In this document: one piece after another, positions 55,345 to 63,467 of the stretch
Layout: the number at the start of each line of letters is the position of its first letter
How positions within the stretch are numbered: the stretch's first letter is position 1
Source: Gammaproteobacteria bacterium
Lineage (GTDB): Bacteria; Actinomycetota; Acidimicrobiia; Spongiisociales; UBA4744
Direction: 5' to 3'
NCBI GenBank assembly: GCA_011682695.1
Contig: JAACED010000012.1
Span: 43,518-107,517 of the forward strand
Length of the DNA stretch: 64,000 bases
The notes under the pieces: generated by a model
Told to the model about the DNA's origin: nothing
Databases searched by the model: none
The model's input: only the letters and a program-made list of their open reading frames with translations
Translations under genes and position numbers: made by a program

Positions 55345-57159
55345 TCAGGCATCCACTTCGGAGTTGGCGGACACGAGCAAGATGACGGTGTCGCCCGGTG
55401 CAGCGTCGCGCAACGCCCGCGTGTTGCCACTCTCGCTGATGAGCACTTTCCCGTTGGGTTTGACCACGAACAGCACCGCAGCTGCCCGCTCGCCCAGTCC
55501 GGCGGCGCCCAGACCCTCAGGATCGGTATCGAGCTTGGTGCGGTGAATCTCCCCGCCGTTGTCGAGAAGATGGAGCAGCGCGTTGTAGCTCCAGTCCGGT
55601 CCGAAGAGGAGGCGGCCACCCAAGTCGGCCCGAGGATGTGAGTCGATCCCGGCGCCCCGACGCCGAGGCACCAGCTGGTATGTCTCGGCACCGCCAAAGG
55701 TGCCGGCGTAGCGGCCGGTGGCAAGGGTGTTGACATCGTCGTTCGGAGTCAGCGCCAGAAGCCGCCCGATGCCGGACAGATCGAGGTCGAGATCGACGTC
55801 GCGGGCGAGGATATCGCCGTAGTAGGTGCGCAGGCCGGCCATCCAGGCGTCGTCGTGGTCGGCGCGGTTGGTCGTGGCGAGCACGACGTCCACACCCGAG
55901 TTGGCCAGTGCGTCCGCGATTGCTCGCTCCACCGGGCCGGCGCCCAGGATCAGCGCACCCTCCTGGTGCCGATCCGCCAGTCCGAGTCGGCGGGCGAGCG
56001 GGCCCATGCCAAGCCCGTAGATGGTGACGGTCGCGACGATCACTGCAAAGACGAGCGGCGTGATCTCGTCGCCGCCGGGAATGCCCTCGCGTTGGAGCTC
56101 GAGCGCAAACACCGATGCGATGGAGGCAGCGACGATACCGCGAGGAGCTACCCCGGCGAGTAGTACTCGCTCCTGCCACGACAATCGCGACCGCCATGTC
56201 GCGACCGCCACTGCCACAGGTCGCGCAACGAGCACCAGAGTCAGCACCAGCGCGATCGCTGCAGGTAGGTCGACTTGGAGCTGCTCAGCCGAGAGGCGGG
56301 CGCTCAGAACGATGAACAGGACCCCTATCAGCAGCACTCTCAGCACTTCGGAGAACTGGACTATCTGTTCGGTGCGGATCGTTTTGTGGTTCGCGAGGAC
56401 CAATCCGAGCACGGTCGTGGCGAGCAGGCCGGACTCGGCGGCGAACATGTCGGCGACGATGAAGGCCAGAAGAGCGACACTCACACCGAACAGCGACAGC
56501 AGATGCTCGGGAACCCAGTGGCGCCGAAGGGCAGCAATCGCACCGAGGGCAACGAGCCCTCCGACCGCGACTCCCGCAAACGTGAACTGGGCAACCTGGC
56601 TGATGACCTCGCCCGGCGTTGCGGCGACCCTGCCGACAAGGAACACCTCGAATGCCACCACGGCCACCAGCGCCCCGATCGGGTCGATGAAGATGCTCTC
56701 CCACTTGAGGATCGAACTGACCGAGCGCCGCGGCCGGACGTGGTTGAGAAGAGGCCCCACGACCGTTGGTCCCGAAACCACGAGAATCGACCCGAGCAGC
56801 ACGGCCAGACCAGGCTTGAGATCGGTGAAGGCGAGGGCGGTCACCGCTCCAACCGCCCAGGTGACGAGCACCCCGACGGTTACCAGCAGCCACAGCACCT
56901 GTTGTTGACCGGCCATTTCCCTCATACGAAGGCTGAGGCCTCCCTCGAAGAGGATGAGACCGACTGCGATCGAGACCACCGGAGTGAGGAGGTCTCCCAT
57001 CAGATCATCCGGATTGATCAGCCCAAATGCGGGGCCGATGAGGAATCCCGTCAGCAGCAGTGGAAGAATCGCCGGTACCTGGATACGTTCTCCCAGCCAA
57101 GTGACCGCAAACGCGAGAACGACTATGCCTCCCAACTGCACTATTGGATCCTCGAACAC
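55345..57159 (-). CDS. Cation:proton antiporter (CPA1/NhaP-type) fused to a C-terminal RCK/TrkA-like domain
   Basis: About 12 TM Na_H_Exchanger core, then LILGAGPVERAIADALANSGVDVVLAT (Rossmann-like) and a TrkA-C-like tail. GTG start. Confidence 0.8.
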   Translation of the reverse strand: MFEDPIVQLGGIVVLAFAVTWLGERIQVPAILPLLLTGFLIGPAFGLINPDDLMGDLLTPVVSIAVGLILFEGGLSLRMREMAGQQQVLWLLVTVGVLVTWAVGAVTALAFTDLKPGLAVLLGSILVVSGPTVVGPLLNHVRPRRSVSSILKWESIFIDPIGALVAVVAFEVFLVGRVAATPGEVISQVAQFTFAGVAVGGLVALGAIAALRRHWVPEHLLSLFGVSVALLAFIVADMFAAESGLLATTVLGLVLANHKTIRTEQIVQFSEVLRVLLIGVLFIVLSARLSAEQLQVDLPAAIALVLTLVLVARPVAVAVATWRSRLSWQERVLLAGVAPRGIVAASIASVFALELQREGIPGGDEITPLVFAVIVATVTIYGLGMGPLARRLGLADRHQEGALILGAGPVERAIADALANSGVDVVLATTNRADHDDAWMAGLRTYYGDILARDVDLDLDLSGIGRLLALTPNDDVNTLATGRYAGTFGGAETYQLVPRRRGAGIDSHPRADLGGRLLFGPDWSYNALLHLLDNGGEIHRTKLDTDPEGLGAAGLGERAAAVLFVVKPNGKVLISESGNTRALRDAAPGDTVILLVSANSEVDA

Positions 57160-57811
57160 CAGCAGAGCCTTCCAGGGGACGCCTTGTGGATGGGGATTCT
57201 ACGGTGCCCCAGGAGTTTGTACCCCAGATCCCACCGGACCCCCAAGGCAACATCCGGCCGGCCTTGTCGATCTCCTCGAGCCCCCGGGCCGACCGGTAGG
57301 GGGGCGCGCCTCGTCACGGCGGCACCCACATGCCCGATGCCCGTCCACGAAAGCGGAGCACATGCAGCCTCCACCCATCACTGCCACCGCGTTCGACCTG
57401 GCCGCCCGGACACCGGCAGTGGGGGCGAGCGCGAGATCGAGTCGGAGCCACTGTGCCTGCAACGCCCCATTCCTGGCCCGTTGGACAAATACGTCGCAAC
57501 TCGACATAACGTGGATTATGGGCGTTCCGCCAATGCATCGGGTTTCACCGTCCAGACCCGCACCGTTGCCAGGCCTGGTCCGACCCAGACCTTCTCGCAC
57601 CGCCGAGCCGACGGCTTGCCCACTGTCTTGACGTTCGCCGGCTGCAATCGACGCGCGGCCCCGTGTCCGTCCCCGCGTTGTTCGCAATCGCGCCCATGAT
57701 CCCTCCGACGTGTCGTAACGACCTGTCACCACACGCCCCAGGCAGGCCTCGGCCGGCTCGGTGCCCCGTATCGCCATCGTCGGCCCGCAGTGTCCCATTC
57801 GGGCCCCCAAA

Positions 57812-57826
57812 CGTCACGTGACGGAT
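57812..57826. promoter_or_regulatory. Palindromic motif CGTCACGTGACGGAT (copy 1), about 130 nt upstream of trxA
   Basis: Perfect 12-bp palindrome CGTCAC|GTGACG plus GAT. The same 15-mer recurs at about 59963. Coordinates +/-1. Confidence 0.4.
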
Positions 57827-57955
57827 TGGTTTGTCGATGCGGCGCTCGGCGTTGCACAATGGTGGGAATGGAAGTGGCGCTTGCGGCGTTAGCTCCACAG
57901 AAGGGTACAATATACCCCCTCGGGGTATCATGATCACAGAACTTTTGGAGAGATA

Positions 57956-58330
57956 ATGGCAACCGTCACACTGACCAAGGACAACTTCGAGGACACCGTC
58001 ACGAACAATGATATGGTCCTCGTCGACTTCTGGGCCGAATGGTGCGGTCCCTGCAAGATGTTTGGACCCGTGTTCGAGAAGATGTCGGAGCAGTACCCCG
58101 ACATCGTCTTCGGCAAGGTCGACACCGAGGCCCAGCAGGAACTGGCCGGCTACTTCAACATTCGCTCGATCCCGACTCTCATGGTCTTTCGTGAGAAGGT
58201 GATCCTGTTCTCGCAGGCGGGAGCGCTTCCGGAGCCGATGCTCGAGGACCTGATCACTCAGGTTCGCGACATCGACATGGAGGATGTCCACCGCAAGATC
58301 GAGGAAGAGTCCGCCCAAGCCGACGCCTAA
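57956..58330 (+). CDS. trxA: Thioredoxin
   Basis: WCGPC active site; full-length Trx fold. Leader contains TACAAT (-10-like) and an ATACCCC-ctc-GGGGTAT hairpin, then GGAGAG. Confidence 0.9.
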   Translation: MATVTLTKDNFEDTVTNNDMVLVDFWAEWCGPCKMFGPVFEKMSEQYPDIVFGKVDTEAQQELAGYFNIRSIPTLMVFREKVILFSQAGALPEPMLEDLITQVRDIDMEDVHRKIEEESAQADA

Positions 58331-58352
58331 TCCAACACCGACCCCGCTACGC

Positions 58353-58376
58353 GCACCGCCGGCTCCCCGGCGGTGC
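58353..58376 (+). terminator. Putative intrinsic terminator hairpin downstream of trxA
   Basis: GCACCGCCGG-ctcc-CCGGCGGTGC (10-bp perfect GC stem, 4-nt loop) about 25 nt after the trxA stop. The following tract is only weakly T-rich (cgccTTaTgg). Confidence 0.45.
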
Positions 58377-58484
58377 CGCCTTATGGCGAATCGCCAAGTG
58401 CAGCTAGTGTCCTCGCGGGGCACGGATACTGGACCGGAGTTCCCCTGGCCGACCGGACAGTGCCGATGAGCTGGAGGTGACACA

Positions 58485-59624
58485 GTGGCTGGACGCGACC
58501 GCGCGATCATGCTGTTCACGACCAAATATGATGCCAAGCCAACGGGACTCGTACGCGTACCCGGCCGCGTCAACCTGATTGGCGAGCACACGGATTACAA
58601 CGGTGGATACGTGCTCCCGATGGCCATTGAGAGAGCCATCTGGATAGCGTTTCGACCCCGTAGCGATCGGAAGGTTTTCCTCCGTTCCGAAGCCTTCGTC
58701 GATGAGGCACGGCTTGATCTCGACGAACTCACGCGCGGTGAGGGTTGGGCCGAGTACGCCAAAGGTGTGGCATGGGCCATGGAGAAGGCGGGCAACCGTC
58801 TCCAGGGCTGGGAAGGAGTCATCGCGAGCGATATCGCCATGGCCGCAGGTCTCTCCTCTTCGGCTGCCTTCGGCATCGCCATCGAAGTGGTCTTTGCCGA
58901 GGTCTCGGACCTCGGTTGGGATCCCGGTACGTTCGCACAGCTTCAGCAACACTCCGAGAACGAGTGGGTCGGGGTTCGCAGCGGCATCATGGATCCGCTC
59001 ATCGTGACGGGTGCCCACAAGGGCCATGCGATGCTCATCGATTGTCTTTCTTTCAAAGGTGTCCACGTCCCGATTCCGCCCGAGGCGGCGATCGTCGTCA
59101 TGGACACCGGAACCCGCAGAAACCTGATTGAGGCCGGGTACAACCGGCGACGATCTCAGTGTGAAGTCGCCGCGGCGAAGCTGGGCGTCACGACACTGCG
59201 AGACGTCACGATGGCCCGGCTCAACGCCCACAAGAACGACTTGGGAGAGTCTCTGTACGAATGTGCAAAACATGTTGTGACGGAGAACGAACGCACGCTC
59301 GCCGCGAAGGATGCACTGCTTCGGGGTGCCCTCGGAGAGTTTGGAAGCCTCATGAACGAAAGCCACACTTCACTGCGCGATTCCTTTGGAGTCTCCAGCC
59401 GCCCGCTCGATGCGATGGTGGAGGCTGCGCAGTCCACACCCGGGTGTTTTGGAGCCCGTCTCACAGGCGGTGGCTATGCCGGTGCTGCCATCGCCCTCGT
59501 CACACGCAAGTCGAGCGAGCGCTTCATTCACGCCGTAGAGGACGCGTTCCATGAGGCGACGGGCCTCCAGGGCCACTGCTACGTCGTCGAATCGGCGCAT
59601 GGGGCAAGCTTCGAGCCCATTTGA
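58485..59624 (+). CDS. galK: Galactokinase
   Basis: Galactokinase signature PGRVNLIGEHTDYNGG, GHMP ATP motif GLSSSAAF. GTG start 7 nt after GGAGG. Confidence 0.85.
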   Translation: MAGRDRAIMLFTTKYDAKPTGLVRVPGRVNLIGEHTDYNGGYVLPMAIERAIWIAFRPRSDRKVFLRSEAFVDEARLDLDELTRGEGWAEYAKGVAWAMEKAGNRLQGWEGVIASDIAMAAGLSSSAAFGIAIEVVFAEVSDLGWDPGTFAQLQQHSENEWVGVRSGIMDPLIVTGAHKGHAMLIDCLSFKGVHVPIPPEAAIVVMDTGTRRNLIEAGYNRRRSQCEVAAAKLGVTTLRDVTMARLNAHKNDLGESLYECAKHVVTENERTLAAKDALLRGALGEFGSLMNESHTSLRDSFGVSSRPLDAMVEAAQSTPGCFGARLTGGGYAGAAIALVTRKSSERFIHAVEDAFHEATGLQGHCYVVESAHGASFEPI

Positions 59625-59956
59625 GCGGCTTTGGGCTCCATCCAGAAGGCGGCGAGCGGTTCGGCAGCGCCGCGCAACCACTCGAAAGCCTCCCGATACG
59701 CATCACCGTCTACTCCAGCCGTCTCCAGATCACCTGCGACGTCCTCCAGAGCGGTCTCGAGACCGTACAAAAGCCCCTGAAGCTCCTCGAGGTCGCGGCG
59801 CGACACCAGAACTTCGTCCGCACCGAGACCATGTGCGTCCGCCAGTTTCCGCGCGATGTGCGCCTGCTGTCGACAACTCTGCTTGCAGTAGCGCCTCGGC
59901 CTTCCCGGGCCCGCGCGTCTGGGCAGCACTCCCCCACACCACCTGCACCGGTTCAT
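59579..59956 (-). CDS. Small C4 zinc-ribbon protein (hypothetical, candidate regulator)
   Basis: MNRCRWCGGVLPRRAGPGRPRRYCKQSCRQQAHIAR… (C-x2-C-x17-C-x3-C), then an acidic helical C-terminal half. Start set to the ATG 6 nt downstream of palindromic motif copy 2. The track ORF extends 32 codons further upstream, across the palindrome. The 3' end overlaps the galK 3' end by 46 nt (convergent). Confidence 0.5.
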   Translation of the reverse strand: MNRCRWCGGVLPRRAGPGRPRRYCKQSCRQQAHIARKLADAHGLGADEVLVSRRDLEELQGLLYGLETALEDVAGDLETAGVDGDAYREAFEWLRGAAEPLAAFWMEPKAAQMGSKLAPCADSTT

Positions 59957-59962
59957 ACGTTT

Positions 59963-59977
59963 CGTCACGTGACGGAT
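59963..59977. promoter_or_regulatory. Palindromic motif CGTCACGTGACGGAT (copy 2), immediately upstream of the zinc-ribbon gene
   Basis: Identical 15-mer to copy 1, in the same orientation on the plus strand. Coordinates +/-1. Confidence 0.4.
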
Positions 59978-60401
59978 GCTACCGGGTATACGCATGCATG
60001 TCGTCGGTACCCGATGCGCGATGGCGATGATCATCCCTACCCCTCGCCCCATCGCTCACGCCCGTACAGGAGTTCACGAACATTCCCCAGGATCCTATGC
60101 GGCCGAGTCTCGTTCGGTTCCCTCCAGAAGGCGTCGAGCGACCTCGAGCGCAGTGGCCTCGTCGCTTGCCGCGTGCGCCACCGGACGTTCGATCCACCGA
60201 GCGATCTGTTCGGAACTCGGATGATCGTGAGCTGTGAGAGCAGCCGCCAGATCGTCGGTCCAGAACCATCGCATTGCGCACCTCCGTGGGATGAGTGAGG
60301 GGATGAGTGAGACGATCTCACGGTACCGCCCATGTCAAGAGTGCTGGACCTGGGAAAACACAGCCGTGCAGTTCCACCCGCGTATGTGCGCAGATCGACG
60401 C

Positions 60402-61925
60402 TCACGTAATGACGGCAGCTCCCGACCGACGAGGGTCCACGCCTGCTTCCATCGTGCCATCGGGATGGAGGGCAACGGCGCCCACACCCCCAAAGAACAT
60501 GTCTTCACGATCGAAGGGCCTTGTTGGATACCCGGGAGATTCGACCGCCAGCCCCGGCTCATGGGCAACACGGGCCTCTCCGTCTGCGAACTCGACGTGA
60601 ATCCGCGGATGTTCCACGGCATCCTGAAGGCTCATGCCGAGATGAGCGATGTTCAGAAATGCCTGAAGGATGGCCGTGGTGATTCGATCTGCGCCCGGTG
60701 ACCCGATGACCACCACCGAACCCGAGCCGTCCCTGGCGACCGTCGGTGCCATGTTCGAAAGGAGGCGCTCTCCCGGCTCGAGCACGTGAAGGCCTCCAGG
60801 ATTGAGTTCAGTCTCGCCGAGGGAGTTGTTCAGCCATATCCCGGTACCAGGGGCCATCACCCCTGAGCCGTAGCCGGCAGAGAACGTCGCGGCACACGCG
60901 AGCCCACTCTCATCGACGACGGAAGTGTGGATGGTCGATGGAGACGTTGCCAGCCAGGCGGCCCCTTCTTCGCCGATCATGTTCAGCAGGTGTTCGGCTT
61001 CGGCGGCCAGGTCCTCTGCCCCGTCGAGATGTCCCCGCCGATACTCGAAGACCGAGCGCTGAACCTTGATGAGACGGTCCAGCGCCTCCTTCGTCCAACC
61101 ACCGACAGGCTCCTGATCCATCAGCGCGATCATCGCCGCCAGGGCCACGCCTCCGACCGCCGGCGGCGGATTCGAAGCGATGTCCCATCCGAGGATCTCG
61201 AGTCGAAGGGGATCGCGAAGGGTCGCTTCGTAGCCTGCAAGGTCCTGTTCCGTCAGCAGTCCACCGCCTGCATCCATGTCGGCGACGATCTTGCGCGCAA
61301 GAGAGCCTTTGTAGAAGACGTCTGCACCGAACTCCGCGATGGAGCGCAGACTCTCTGCGAGCCCTTCGACGTGCACGGTCGCGCCCACCTGCAGTACCCG
61401 GCCGCTCTTGTCGTGAAGTGCGGCGTAGCTGGGTTCATGCCACCCGAAGATGGTGTCGTGGCAGTGTTCGAGGTAGCGCGACGATGCAGCGGAGAGCGGG
61501 AATCCACGCTCGGCGAGATCGACCGACGGTTCGACCAGGAGACCCCAGGGCAGCCTTCCGAAGCGTGTGGAGGCGACTTGGCAGCCTGCAAGTGCGCCTG
61601 GAACGGCCACCGATCCGTGGCCGACCGTGGTGGTCATGCCGCCCCCGTACGCCATCCAGGCGTCGAAGATGCCCCCTCCGAGCCGGGAGGGATCCCGCCC
61701 CTTGCCCGGCATGCTGGCGTACCCGTCGACGGTGCAAGGAGGCTCGTCCGGCGGCCAAATGGTGAAGAAGCCACCGGCGCCCAAGGCAACGACGCCCGGC
61801 TCAGAGATCATGCCCACGAGTGACGCGGCAATCGCAGCATCCACGGCATTGCCCCCTTGCGCTGCGATCCGTTCGGCGGCGCCGGCTGCGTGTGTTGAGA
61901 CTGCTGCAACAGCGATGCGGGTCAT
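60402..61925 (-). CDS. ggt: Gamma-glutamyltranspeptidase
   Basis: Full-length GGT family; autoprocessing/catalytic Thr region (…SPSTIHTSVVD…) and GGxxG small-subunit motifs. Confidence 0.85.
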   Translation of the reverse strand: MTRIAVAAVSTHAAGAAERIAAQGGNAVDAAIAASLVGMISEPGVVALGAGGFFTIWPPDEPPCTVDGYASMPGKGRDPSRLGGGIFDAWMAYGGGMTTTVGHGSVAVPGALAGCQVASTRFGRLPWGLLVEPSVDLAERGFPLSAASSRYLEHCHDTIFGWHEPSYAALHDKSGRVLQVGATVHVEGLAESLRSIAEFGADVFYKGSLARKIVADMDAGGGLLTEQDLAGYEATLRDPLRLEILGWDIASNPPPAVGGVALAAMIALMDQEPVGGWTKEALDRLIKVQRSVFEYRRGHLDGAEDLAAEAEHLLNMIGEEGAAWLATSPSTIHTSVVDESGLACAATFSAGYGSGVMAPGTGIWLNNSLGETELNPGGLHVLEPGERLLSNMAPTVARDGSGSVVVIGSPGADRITTAILQAFLNIAHLGMSLQDAVEHPRIHVEFADGEARVAHEPGLAVESPGYPTRPFDREDMFFGGVGAVALHPDGTMEAGVDPRRSGAAVIT

Positions 61926-62128
61926 GAAGTCTTGAGCGTAACCGGAGCGTTCTCACAAGGAGTTCTCGGTGTCGGCATGTCATCCTGCTGCGTTTCTCGT
62001 CAGTTGCCTGCCGTGCTCTCCTCGTGGCTGCCACGGCGACGGTAGGCAGTGAAGAGGAGCCGCCGTCCATGCTCGCCGCCTCGGCAGACTTGAAGGCCTG
62101 CCGACGACGAGCAGCCGTCGGACGACAT

Positions 62129-62452
62129 TCACGGAACGAGCGCTGTCTCATCAAGGCGGACGGTCACTTGGTCTGCGATGATCTCGAGACGGCTTCGCCG
62201 GCCCTGCACCCCGTCCCAGAATCGTCGTTGGATCGCTCCGACGACCCAGAGACGAGAACCGGCCGCAGGGGCGTCTTCGACCAATTCCTCCGGCGGATCC
62301 CACAACGTGACGGGCAGGACGTCGACGCGTCGTCGGGGCTGCTCGCTGCGAACCGTGAGGAGATAGCGAACCAGACGCGTCCCCGAATCGAAAGAGCGCA
62401 CTTCGGGCGGGGCGGCCAGGCGGCCACAGAAAACTGCAAGATTGAGGTCCAT
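62129..62452 (-). CDS. SSB-like OB-fold protein lacking the acidic C-terminal tail
   Basis: MDLNLAVFCGRLAAPPEVRSFDSGTRLVRYLLTV…SRLWVVGAIQRRFWDGVQGRRSRLEIIADQV aligns with the SSB OB fold. 107 aa with no DDDIPF-type tail. Start at the internal ATG (codon 35 of the track ORF). Confidence 0.55.
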   Translation of the reverse strand: MDLNLAVFCGRLAAPPEVRSFDSGTRLVRYLLTVRSEQPRRRVDVLPVTLWDPPEELVEDAPAAGSRLWVVGAIQRRFWDGVQGRRSRLEIIADQVTVRLDETALVP

Positions 62453-62543
62453 GACGGTGCCTTTCCGGGGAAGGCGGGAGGTGATGGTCACCGTAGGGCC
62501 GGGGTGTGACATTTCTGGTCGACGAACGACGTAAAGTGTCCCC

Positions 62544-63467
62544 ATGACTGACATACGTGCCGTTGAAATCGGTGACCACGTCTACGCAATCGACGCTTGG
62601 ATGGAAGGCCGGTCCGAGCGTCTCGCCTGCTATCTCTTCGACACTCCTGAGCGAGTGCTCGTCGAAGTTGGCCCCTCTGCAACACTCGGGCATCTGATCG
62701 AAGCACTCGACGAGCTTGGGGTGGATGATCTGGCGGCATTCGTCGTCACTCATATCCATCTCGATCATGCGGGCGGGGCCGGGCAGATGGCGAAGCGATA
62801 CCCCAATGCAAAGGTGGGAGTGCACTCTCGGGGAGCAAGGCATCTCGTACACCCGGAACGCCTGTGGACTTCGGCCATTCAGGTCTTCGGAGAAGAGTGG
62901 CTCACCTCCGAATGGGGTCCCATGGAGCCTGTGGATTCCGAACGCATAATGGTTCTCGACGAGGGAGACCGAGTTCCCCTGGGCAACGGAAGGTACCTCG
63001 ACGTCATGTACACGCCAGGGCACGCGAAGCACCATGTCGTCTACCAGGATTCGGACGGCGGCGGCATGTTCGTCGGTGACGCCCTCGGGCTGTGCTATCC
63101 ACACGGGCACTTCGTTCAACCCGTGACGCCGCCGCCGGATTTCGATCCCGACGCGCAGATCGCACAGATGAGGAGAATGGCGCAGCGTCGTCCGACTTTC
63201 CTCGGGTTTGCCCATTTCGGCCCGCGTTACGACATAGAAACCACACTCAACGAAGCTGAAGAACGCTTGCGCGAATGGGTGGAGGCGGTGTCGACATTCT
63301 CGGGAATGTCAGATGAGGCAGCGGGCGAAGCCCTCAGGGTGTGGACGGCAGAGAAATATCGTGCCTTTGGCTATCCGGAGGATGCGATCGCCTCGTACGC
63401 CGAGAAGACCAATTGGCCGATGCAGGCCGCCGGGATCAGGCGATGGCTAGCTGCACAGGAAGACTGA
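62544..63467 (+). CDS. MBL-fold metallo-hydrolase
   Basis: HIHLDHAGG motif, additional His/Asp ligands (…TPGHAKHH…). Confidence 0.75.
   Translation: MTDIRAVEIGDHVYAIDAWMEGRSERLACYLFDTPERVLVEVGPSATLGHLIEALDELGVDDLAAFVVTHIHLDHAGGAGQMAKRYPNAKVGVHSRGARHLVHPERLWTSAIQVFGEEWLTSEWGPMEPVDSERIMVLDEGDRVPLGNGRYLDVMYTPGHAKHHVVYQDSDGGGMFVGDALGLCYPHGHFVQPVTPPPDFDPDAQIAQMRRMAQRRPTFLGFAHFGPRYDIETTLNEAEERLREWVEAVSTFSGMSDEAAGEALRVWTAEKYRAFGYPEDAIASYAEKTNWPMQAAGIRRWLAAQED

Noticed and set aside
56021-57699. Long plus-strand ORFs (295 aa, 474 aa) antisense to the CPA1-RCK antiporter and extending into the spacer
   Set aside because: Composition (Arg/Pro/Thr/Ser runs) and lack of motifs. Antisense to a homology-supported membrane protein.
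57160-57955. tmRNA, RNase P RNA or SRP RNA in the 800-bp spacer
   Set aside because: Looked for the tRNA-like 3' end (GGTTCGAnTCC…CCA), the P4 GGAAAGTCCGG core and the SRP AAGGAAGCAGCC motif. None present.
57545-58591. 348-aa minus-strand ORF covering trxA antisense
   Set aside because: Antisense to the unmistakable thioredoxin gene. Arg/Gly-rich. Spurious.
60094-60273. Apparent 59-aa minus-strand mini-ORF with GGAGG SD that I first read in the ggt-downstream spacer
   Set aside because: On re-deriving the reverse complement base by base, the frame did not hold (I had duplicated a GCT triplet). The real translation is the junk-like track ORF 60037..60405. Dropped.
59621-60298. 225-aa plus-strand ORF downstream of galK
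   Set aside because: Non-protein-like composition. The opposite strand carries the more credible zinc-ribbon ORF and the region beyond is the ggt 3' flank.
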